A stretch of DNA of 64,000 bases from Magallana gigas (Eukaryota): NCBI RefSeq assembly GCF_963853765.1, contig NC_088854.1, positions 54,932,001-54,996,000 on the forward strand. The letters are read 5' to 3'. The position numbers and the translations under genes were made by a program. Of the stretch, positions 1 to 10,117 are shown piece by piece. The notes beneath the pieces were generated by a model that did no database searches, was not told the origin of the DNA, and saw only the letters and a program-made list of their open reading frames with translations. Position 1 is the stretch's first letter; every line of letters begins with the position of its first letter.

Positions 1-651
1 TAATAAATTAATCATAATTCAGCAAAGATTTAATAATAGTAACACGATCAAGGAAAGTTTCTTGTTAAATAAGTGCAGAAACAGATTTGGAGGCCAAAGT
101 TCATCCCAACAATTTCATCAAGTTAAAAAAAAATTCCTAGCAAATTTTCTTGTGAACTCCTAATCCAAATTCTAACTAGTATGGTTGAAAACATGATCTA
201 AAATAATTTTTAACCAATCCACTCATTTTGTCATAAAGGTATGATTCATACCTTTATGAAATCTACAATAAATCTACAATGAAACTTTATGGTTTGTAAT
301 CTTTAAACAAAGATCTAAATAAACTATTCCATTCATTAGGTATTAATACAGCATCATCATCACATTATGATATCTTATGTTCTGTATTATTTATCATTAT
401 GCTTCTCATATTTCTGTTTTGCATTTGACAAATTGAAAGGGTTTCTGCACACATAATTATAAATAAGGAAAGGCATGATGCCTCTGTCTACATCCCCTTT
501 GTATGTCATTTGGTGCTGATAGAAATCACATGCAATGTGCATGCTTTGAAATTTACTTTTGAAATCTTAATCCACTATACAGAATGTTAGCCAAAACTAA
601 ATACCCTAAACATAATATATAAATGCCTAAGACGTGGAGCGTCTTTCGAAT

Positions 652-872
652 TACTATGGAATCATCACATTTGTGGTGGCTCAATTTTCATGGAATTCGT
701 GGGTACCTTTCATCCACGAATTAACATCCTCCACGAATTAATAAATTAGGGTAATAAAGTCATATTTCCTCTGTAGGTTTAAGAGAGTGCACGAAATTAC
801 GTCCCCACGAACCTGTAAAACTTTAGCAATCCACGAAAATTGGCCCCCACGAAAATTAATGATTCCACAGTA
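652..872. mobile_element. MITE (Tc1/mariner-like, TA-ended TIRs)
   Basis: Termini tactatggaatcat ... atgattccacagta are inverted repeats; internal ccacgaa subrepeats; related copy at 33870-34091. Confidence 0.75.
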
Positions 873-1419
873 TATGAGGACTATCACAGACCATGGATAT
901 TTTATAAATTCTGTACAAAACTTCAGAGCATAGATAACGTAAGTATTTTCTCCATTATATTCATTATATTTGCCCTTAATAAACCCATAGTGTAAATCTG
1001 AAAGTATGTAAATCTATATATTTTTTTTATTCTAAGCCTTTTTATTTCATTCTTAAAATAAGACATCCATATGTTATCTTCTAAGATTAATATTAATGAG
1101 TGATTGGAAGCTATTTTTAAAAATTGTCTTGGTTTGTCACCTTTCGTAAAACATGAGATGATTAAAAGTCCTTGAAAAATTGTAAGCTCTTTCTTTTGAA
1201 ATATGATAATAATGGCCATTACAACAGATTTTAATGTAATATTTTTTTAATCTGCGGCTATATATACTACCGGGTGATCCATTATTTCTTATATATAAGT
1301 TCACTAAGAAATACCACTTCATAATTTTCATTCTCCAAACAATTGAGGAGAGAGTCCTCTCAAAAAACGAGGGGGTTGTTCTTGGTGTTTGCCTATGAAT
1401 GGTTTAACTCGGTTAACTC

Positions 1420-1520
1420 GGTCCATTTCAGGACCAGGTTGATTTTTGAATGTGCCTTTGGTTGGTTGAAGAGACGATTTTACGTACTTAATGCTGAAAT
1501 CCGGATTACACCGAAAAAGC
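1420..1520 (+). mobile_element. PIF/Harbinger transposase C-terminal relic
   Basis: ORF 1343-1537 contains HFRTRLIFECAFGWLKRRFYVLNAEIRITPKK, resembling the R..IER.FG.LKRRF..L..E.R motif of Harbinger/HARBI1 DDE nucleases; recognised by eye only. Confidence 0.55.
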
Positions 1521-1589
1521 AGGAGGAACGAGGCTGACAAGAATATAGGTAATGAACTTGTGAACAGGTTTCTTTATATTCCCCAAAAT

Positions 1590-2225
1590 GATCTGATTTT
1601 TGGGAGCTGATTTTAATCAACTCTCCTATGCAGTTACTCTGGCAAACCGAAAGTGAAACAGTGTTTTGACCTAAGCACAAATCATCACCGCTGACAAGAC
1701 GTAGATCTTGAAAATAATAGATAAATTCAGTGTACTGTATGCTGTACCATTGTTTTTCAAAAGAAAAGTATCTATAATTACCTTGAAAATAGTCAGTTTT
1801 ATATAGTACGAACAATTCAATTGTTTTTTGTAGTTGCATTTATTCCTACGCTAGAGTTCAATAAAGTCTCGTTCAATCAGACGCTCGGCTGTCTCCGTAA
1901 ATCTCCGACAAGCAGAGAGTCTCTCTTGGTAGTCGGAGATTAACGGAGACAGCCGAGCGTCTGGTTGAACGAGACTAGAGTTCAATATTGCTTGGATCCA
2001 GACGTGTACAATTTTAAGAAATATTCCGATTACTGATACACAGTTTGATGGAATTAATTTTATCTTTAAATATTACACAACATGATTCATATGGGGTTTT
2101 CTCGAAATTCTTGTCGGAAAAGTTCGAGAATTCATATTATAAAAATTTGCATAACATATCGTTGATTTTAAAATTGATAATAAACAATAAAATCAACTCC
2201 CGACAGTACTTCAGTACTTTGATTT
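1590..2225. repeat. Segment duplicated at ~11375-12022 in the same orientation
   Basis: Shared blocks include ttttaatcaactctcctatgcagttactctggcaaaccgaaagtgaaacagtg, the ~112-bp hairpin, atctttaaatattacacaacatgattcatatgggg and caactccc..cagta.ttcagtactttgatt. Confidence 0.85.
1865..1976. mobile_element. Miniature fold-back (hairpin) element with 13-bp flanking direct repeat
   Basis: agtctcgttcaatcagacgctcggctgtctccgt... is mirrored by ...acggagacagccgagcgtctggttgaacgagact; ctagagttcaata occurs at 1851-1863 and 1975-1987. Confidence 0.75.
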
Positions 2226-2242
2226 CATGTATCAGTTGAATC

Positions 2243-2453
2243 TACTGTGGTTTCATCAATATTCGATGAATACCAATTTTCGTGGATTTCGTTGTTGAGT
2301 TGATCCATGAAATTAAATGTTCATTGAAATGCAATTTCTATTAAGATTTTGTATTGAAAGGGTCATTGGCCACGAATTTACGTATCCTTGAAACTGTGAC
2401 TTTCACTTTATCCACGAAAATTGATACCCTTGAATATTAATGAAACCACAGTA
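2243..2453. mobile_element. MITE (TA-ended TIRs)
   Basis: tactgtggtttcat ... atgaaaccacagta terminal inverted repeats. Confidence 0.75.
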
Positions 2454-2805
2454 TGTATCTTAAGTGTACTTTCAGAAGCATGCAAAATTGGCAGTCATAT
2501 TCTGAGAGCCAGTTGTAGATGACGAACAGAACGTGGACTTCGATTGGTGTATCCAATGGTAGTTCAACGGACCCAAAGAACATTGAGAAATATGTTAAAC
2601 TGCATTATTTTTAAAACCTCCATTTGCTGTAGATGGAAATGTTAAGTTTAGTTGCTATTCTGTATTGTTATTTAATCTATATATCGAAAACTAGTCACAT
2701 TACATCGGTAAAATTTTATAAAGCAGAGCATTTAACAGATGTATCTTAGCTACATTTATAAAATTAAACATCAGAAACACAATTTGATGTTTTGTTTTTA
2801 ATAAC

Positions 2806-2808
<3 letters not shown>

Positions 2809-2840
<32 letters not shown>
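2809..2840 (+). repeat. (GA)n microsatellite
   Basis: Uninterrupted GA run. Confidence 0.95.
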
Positions 2841-2843
<3 letters not shown>

Positions 2844-2938
2844 CGTATGTTCAGAATTTTATACAATTACTGCACTTATTTGTTAAACATCACAACAGTA
2901 TGTATAACAAAAGTAGAAAAGAGGTATATAAGAATTGT

Positions 2939-5367
2939 TCAATGATCGATGATACTTGTTATGTTTTTAGCTAGTTCTCGGATAGGCATTTTCAGCCGAC
3001 GTAGCATTTCGTTCATGAACATGTAGAAAGTCGTTTCCTCTCGTAATTTCCGTTCTTGCTGTACCAAGACGGCGTACTCCATTCGTCTTAAATCCTTGGG
3101 TCGAATCTTCTTACGCTGACCCATATTTGTTACATTTTTTGACCTATAACGCATAAAACTTTATATTTATTTATCATTAATTCAGCGGTGAACCTTTGAA
3201 CTAATTAATACACAAAAATATGTGTAGTTACAGAAAAAACTTAATGCCGCCTTCCCAACATTTATTAGATAATTATTGTGAAAGTCAAAATCATTTAATA
3301 AGAACAATAAAAAGTAAGAATGAATTGTGTTTACACGCTTGGCTCATTGTAAGTCGTCGTTTTAGTGACGGTACTAGATGTAGAGTTTACTACCGCTACG
3401 GTGACTACATTCCTGTTATCCTGTGTCTGCTTAGAAATGTTGTAAGTGACTGTGCTCTTGTCTCCTTCATCTTTGTTTCTTTCGTCTGTAATGATAATTG
3501 CTTCAATGAAATAATTTTGCAAAATATATAACACTCTACAATGAGATTTCAGTGCGTTAGAAAAAAAACTGCTGAACAAAACAATTGTATCTTAGAAATG
3601 GGTCTGGTTATACTTAGCAATAATGGTATAGTTAGCAAAATTAAATGTTAATATAGGAATGACTGTATACATTTTTTTGTTCATCGATAAATGAATCTAA
3701 AAACCGCATCGCAAACTTTATGAAAGCCGAAGGCTTTCATACAAAAGTTTGCGGTGCAGTTTTTAGATTCATTTGTCGATGAGCAAAAAAATTATACTGT
3801 CAATGCTTATATTTCAATTTCAAACACAAATGTTGTATATTTAAGCGAAATTTATTGTAAAAAGCAAGAGTTAACAAGAAACAAACAAGGTCATGAAATT
3901 AACACGCGGAGTGATTTACTCGAGGGGTTGTTTATTGTGTATTACTCTTGATCTGGCTTTACATTTACATTGATTGAACAATTTTGAAAAACAGAATTGT
4001 TTATAAAAGATATATTTGAGGTTTGTTTTTTCAACAGCGATTGTTGAAACAGGTATGCACCCTCACTGCCCTGGTCGTCGGGATAGTTGGACCCCGCACC
4101 GCCATCGCTCGCTGATGCCAAGCTGGAGAGAGTCTTGCTTATTGCGAGTTTCTGGTTTCCCGAGCATTTTCTCGCATAGTTGCGGATAGAACCTTCGTTT
4201 CTGTGTCCACTCAATAACATTATATGACGAAATTCTATTCCTGCGTCACTAAGCGCCTGAATGCTAGTTGCTCGGAGGCAGCGTGCTGTGTACCGTTGTT
4301 TACACTTAACATTTTTGGATATATCACACATAAAAAAATCCTCATCAATTTCTTGCAGAAAATTTAAATCTTCACCATTTTCTTCCATTTCTAGTCTCAC
4401 TTTGAAATCTCCGTGCTCATCCGATTCCATCGAGAAAATGATTTATTATTCTTGCAGACGTTTATGTATATTTCATTTCCTTAACAAATACTACTATAGC
4501 TAATGTTAATCTTCTGCACCATTCATACATGTATTTCTATTTTGTATGGTATATATAAAACTAAAAATCGTTATTGTTTCGATGCACTGCCAATGGGTTA
4601 GTATTGAGTCTGTGCAGAAAGTAGAACGCTAAACTCGCATTCATCGAGCTATGAACGGAAAAGAGCGTAATGGTGAGAGATGGGAAGAAAGTGATATACA
4701 CAAAGAAAATTGAATTATATGAACATTTTTAAGAGGTTCTGGAAATGTCAGGTTCACAAAGATGAATAAAGCAAGTGAATGGTTATTTGAAGAAGAAAAA
4801 TTATTCAATATCTCAATTCTTACTTCCTATCTTTAGTCGTCCTCTGTCCCCAGTTTCAGGAATGTTATTTGTATTTTGCTGTCCATTTTCTCGTTCCTTG
4901 GGATAGGGAGTAGACTCCATAGAGTTAGGAAAGTTTTCTCCCACACACATTCCAGATTCGGGAAATTTTTCGCATTTCAAACTTTCTGGCCACTCAAATC
5001 CAAATTTATTCATTAACGTTTCGCATCCATTTCTCGCTTTATTACACAGAGAGCGACACGGAGGAATTGGCTTCCCCGAAACGGTGCACACGGGAGCATA
5101 CAAAATACACAGGAAAAACTGCAGTTTAGGGCTACACTGGACTTTCACAAGGGGAAATAACTGATGAACCTCTAGTCCGGCGTCTTCTTGTTTTTGATGG
5201 TTTAAAAGATTTGGCATCATAGTCCATTTATAAGGCATGTTTTTGCATGATGGAATCGAAATCGGTTCACATTTACCGTGAGATGGTAACACTCTTTGTC
5301 CATTCCCAATTACAATTACAAATGCAAGGCGCAAAAAGAGAGACAGATTCGCTTTTAAATTTGCCAT
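2939..5367 (-). CDS. Secreted Frizzled-CRD protein without TM domain (3 coding exons: 5367-4824, 3485-3335, 3143-2939; 299 aa)
   Basis: Exon 1 has a signal-peptide-like N-terminus ([23 protein letters not shown]) and a complete 10-Cys Fz CRD with FZD1/2/7-type motifs ([36 protein letters not shown]). GT-AG junctions at 4824/3485 (phase 1) and 3335/3143 (phase 2) are phase-compatible and give an unbroken 900-nt CDS. The CRD exon is secure; joining of exons 2 and 3 is predicted. Confidence 0.65.
3706..3757. repeat. Hairpin next to the Crypton relic (possible element end)
   Basis: gcatcgcaaactttatgaaagcc-gaa-ggctttcatacaaaagtttgcggtgc is an imperfect inverted repeat. Confidence 0.6.
3942..4430 (-). 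mobile_element. Crypton-type tyrosine recombinase relic (internally deleted)
   Basis: [18 protein letters not shown]...[16 protein letters not shown] matches the C-terminal HxxR...GH...Y catalytic part of Crypton-like recombinases, with H replaced by R in HxxR. The N-terminal catalytic Arg region is absent and the ORF is only 162 aa. Confidence 0.75.
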
Positions 5368-6466
5368 ATCAAAATTTTCTAAATGCAGTGCATTTACTCG
5401 TGAAGGCAATGCATGGGTATTGAAGACTTAATGTAATGATCCTAGAATTAAAAGAATACTGATAAGTCGTTCCCGCATCTAATAAATGTCTTCAATAAAA
5501 CGATTATTAATATTTATATTCCTTCAACTTCTATTTAAGTTTCTAGATCGTTGAAATATATTACTACATGTACATGTACAAACAAAACCGTATAAACTGA
5601 GATCTAGAAACTTTTGGATGCGCATACTCATATACTTAAGAGGTCTGTATAATAGACTAAATGTATATACATGCATAATTATAACATACACAAAGAGAGC
5701 TCGGTGTAATGGCATTTTAACATCATTGTTTGATACTTGAAATATGAATAATTTTAGGAGTTGCATTGAAGTGCTTTGATGACAAAAGCTTCTCTAAACA
5801 AATAAAGAAGAAAAAAGATGCCTTTCTAAAACAATTTACTGTACTTTCACATTAAAATTTCTATGATGTACATGTACTTGTGATCCTTGCTAGATGTACA
5901 ATGTACGTTATATACCATTGACCTAGTTGTGCTAGATGTACAATGTACGTTGTATAAATTTTAACAATGTCTTTTGTAGGAGGGTTTTCTTTGCATTTTA
6001 AATATTGCTTTTACGGAGATGAAATTGCATTCATTTTTCCCTGATGGAATGTGTATTCTACGGATACTAATGTGTAATAAGTAGCACTGCAATGTATATA
6101 CATGTAATGAAAATATAATTAAAGTTTACGAGGGTTCTTTGGTCTCTGCAAATAAAACACTGTGTTGATCTCCTTAAAAAGATCAAAGTACTGAAAGTAC
6201 TGAAAGACGGGGTCTTAAAAGTTTGAATGTTTGTAAATGTCCACTTTTTCCTCGAATATGAATCTATGTTAAAATTTGGCTTTTTGCAATTGCCTGATAC
6301 CTTGTCAAAGTTTTACTGAATCCCGGCCGGTACTGACCTTCATGATTTAAAAAAATTAATGAAATAAGACCCCAACGAAATTTTAAAAAAAAAATACAAC
6401 TAACCTGGAAAATTAAAACAACTATATCAAGGTAGATAATTTAAATCATAAGATTAATTTAATTTT

Positions 6467-6788
6467 CAGTCGCAATTTCTCGGGCCTTTCCGGCAGGCTC
6501 GGAAAAACACCTCAAATGTATTACCTAGGCGTCCATGACAACCCCCTTTTTATAAAACTTGATATAAATACAACACATTTTACGATCTGTTGAGATGTAA
6601 GCTAGACTTCATTAAAATAAATGATTTACCCTAAAATATAACACTGAAGCGACTTATAGGGCTTTCTAGCCGATACTTATTTTAATGGGAAGCGACTCCA
6701 TTTTGTTTAAAATTCTAACATCCGGTAATGTTAATACATTCGAGGTGTTTTTCCGAGCCTGTCGGAAAGGCCCGAGAAGTTGCGATTG
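6467..6788. mobile_element. Non-autonomous DNA element with ~50-bp TIRs
   Basis: cagtcgcaatttctcgggcctttccggcaggctcggaaaaacacctc is mirrored by gaggtgtttttccgagcctgtcggaaaggcccgagaagttgcgattg. Confidence 0.75.
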
Positions 6789-8708
6789 ATTTAATTTTGT
6801 GATCGAAGGGAAAATCCACAAGTCGGACGGTATCCGTTTATGAAAACTCGAATACTCTCAAACTACTGAATTACCGAACAAAGTTAACATTTGTATACCG
6901 ATAACAAATACAGGCACCTGACGTTAGAAGTATTAATATTTTCTTTTTACAATAAGATTATTCCAAGTACTATAACAATAACAAGGTTCGTCACGGTCGC
7001 CATTTTGATTTTCAGACCGACTTCTCTGACACGATTTTTCTTGCAGCGATTTATGTAAAATTAAGCCGTTTGCCACTGACTACTTTTTTGTGTAAAATCG
7101 TGCATCATCTACACGAATTAAGAAAATGGAGACCGAAAGTGAATGAATCTTGTCGAATGATAAAGGCATTAACTGATAAATGTAAAGAGATTAGTCAATT
7201 AAAGGACTTGTTAGAAAAAAATAAGTAGAATGTCATGATCAGTCACTTAGTGCTAACGAAGGAGAGAACTTCAAGATGTCATGCCTAAGAAACATATTCA
7301 CACGGCGGTAATATGTTTTATCGACAATTGATAAAGCAATTATGTTTATTGTATGATTATTGTAAATTGTTTATTTTAGGTATTAATTCAGAATTATTTG
7401 ATTTTAAAATTTCTAATGCAAAGTTGACACTTTTAACAGAGAAATTAACAAATGTTGTAGGACATTGTCATTTCAGGGATCTGCGTGTTTTCAATACACG
7501 TCTATTAAGCGCAAATTTTCGTGCGTGGCTTGGAAAAAATGAACTTAATTTCGAAAGCGATTTAATTTGATTTTTTTCGAAGAGCTACAATAAAGGATTT
7601 GTAATTCAGATTTTAAAACTACGATATAAACTATCATAATGAGTTTTCATCTTCTTAAAATTGAGATAAGTACTATTTTTATTTACATATATTACCACAT
7701 GGTAAATTAAAAATCTAAAACATAACAACCATGCATTATCTCTGAATCCATATGTCTAACATTGGTGTGAGATATTTACCGATTGGAGAAAGATCAACTG
7801 AGTTTTTTTATGATAGACATTAATTATCGATGAAGAATTTTTTAAAATCATGAATGTAACTGAATTTGTCTGTTATAAAGTATAGGGAAAAAAGTGTAAA
7901 CTTATATCTTATAACATTTAAAAAAAATACATATATATTCCAACTAAGCCGGACAACATGAACATTAACATTTAACTTGGTTCTTCAAACGATAAGATTT
8001 TATGTATTGTTTGATGTATTGGTCACCCAAAATGTATAATCTATAGAGATTTATACAATGCATTGTTCAAAATTTAAATTCAGTTTAATTCAGTAAAGAG
8101 TCAATGAACGAGAAGGCAAATTTAGACTTGTTTTTTTTTCTATGTACAAAATTCCTTTATAGACGATCAGCAGTCATACAGCAAGTAGACTGGAAGCCAA
8201 TGAAACACCTATTTGTAAGACAATATGTAATTCCTGATATGCAAGACATCTGTGTATAACCCGTCCAGATTTTAACTTCGGCTCTTGCATGAAGTTTGGT
8301 AGTATTCAGGGGATATATTGTTAAAATGATATTCACAACTTTAAAAAAAATGGCATATTGCGTTTGGGAACTTTACTTTCGATTCAACCATAAACCTCTC
8401 CTATTTATTAATGAGCTCGTCCACCAACTAAAACGTCAACGGCGTTGTGCATTCAGTTACGTTACTCATTTCACAAATCGCTACAACTATTGAATCCGAG
8501 CAAGAATATTTTGATCAATAAAACTATTTGTGTATTTTCTTTATAGAATTTGATTTATACATAGAGGACTTAAAAAGATTTAATGCGTGTTTTTATAATA
8601 TATATTTACTGAAATGCATGAAAACTCCTGCACTATTTTCTTACGCGTAGACTCAATTCATGTGTTCTGTGCGTGCCTTCCGGTTTGAGACTTCGGCTGA
8701 CAGTAAAC

Positions 8709-8737
8709 TAATAGACGGGGTCCCGTGACCCCGTCTA
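8709..8737. repeat. GC-rich short hairpin (possible transposon subterminal hairpin)
   Basis: tagacggggtc-ccgt-gaccccgtcta is a perfect 11-bp stem. Confidence 0.5.
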
Positions 8738-10117
8738 AAAATCACTACATGTGTTTGAAAATAAAGGAAATATAGGAGTTTTAAAAGGTAAAATATCAGG
8801 ATTTTGTTAGTTTATATTTCATCGCTAAACAAATCATTTCTAGAAAATTAGGTAGATCTGATGGTTAATATGTTGACCATTTTGCCACCTTAAAAGATGT
8901 ATCGAAGTGTTAGATATACAGAGTCCAATGGGGACAATTCAGAATATGACTAGAATTTCCAAAACCTGGTAAGTTGACACCACGCCTGTTTGTACTTTTT
9001 CCTTTTTATTCTTGTCTAAATAATATTGATGCAATATAACGAACCAATTAAAAAATTTCTCTTAAAAAATCTCCTTTTGGCTTTCTGAAATCAGAGTTAT
9101 TAAAACATTAAAACTAAGAAAAATTAGCAATAAGTAATATCGATCAAACTCAAAATAGTCAAAAGTAATTGAACTTCAAAAATATTATGTTTATATATTT
9201 TATTTACAATCAACAATAAAACTTTCAAAACAATTTCAACAAATTCATACACTTTGAAGATTTTTTAAAATTTAAAATGGTTTTGTTAAAGTCGAATGAG
9301 TGAGTGGATTTAAACACATAATTTTTAAAAATAGCAAATGTAAGTATTAGAATTTATTTAATGGTTAAATGTATTCATTTTCTAATGTTGTTTCCTTTAG
9401 ATAAACAATTCTGTTCATGTTGACGCTTCTCACATTGCCATTTACAATATCTGCTATTGTTACAATAATGATTTCCTGGGGAAAAATACTCTAAGAATTA
9501 AGGCTTTTCAATCTGACGCTCTTTTACCTGTTTAAAATAGGTAAATAGATAAAAAAAATAAAACCAAATCAACACCGGTAATAATTCATTGTATGGAAAC
9601 AATCTAAAATATCGACAAAAATATCGGACAAACGACCATCAATCGCCAGCACTGGTTCTTTCTTGAACTTCATTTTACCCTAGACTCAAAAATACACAGA
9701 AGTTGTAAATGAGATACATGTTTTAAGGATTTTTAATAACGATTAATTAATGTGAGATGGAGATATTTCTACCACCAAAATGAACCAAAAAATCCATCTA
9801 CATGTACTTTCTAATAAACAAAGGATCAAATACAGAAAACATAAAAGAATCTTTCAAATTTTCTGAATCCATTTATTCGTTTAGAAAATAATTGCATATC
9901 ATGCATTATTGCAATTATATTAATTGGCCTGTTATAGAATTGTCCAATAAAGATCAATTATTCATTGAACGTTTGTTGAGTTTTTATTTGTTGACAATTT
10001 CTCAAACACCATCTAAGATAGATTATTCTTGAATCGATACAATCTTACCTGTGTATCCAGGTTCCAATATTAAATATTGGTTGCTTCTTTGTGCTTCTAA
10101 ACACTCTCTCCAGCAAA

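Noticed and set aside
923-1331. Two overlapping minus-strand ORFs as a gene
   Set aside because: No recognisable domain, AT-rich low-complexity codons and no convincing splice pattern.
3942-4430. Direct Fz-CRD to recombinase splice fusion
   Set aside because: The only nearby AG acceptor (~4452) meets an in-frame TAA before the recombinase ATG; no compatible acceptor was seen.
4813-5409. Single-exon 198-aa Fz ORF starting at TTG 5409
   Set aside because: ATG 5367 gives a proper signal peptide, and the end (GSKN*) runs through a GTAAGA donor, so the spliced model is preferred.
7000-8700. Autonomous transposon
   Set aside because: Looks repeat-like, but no TIR pair or translatable transposase motif could be identified.
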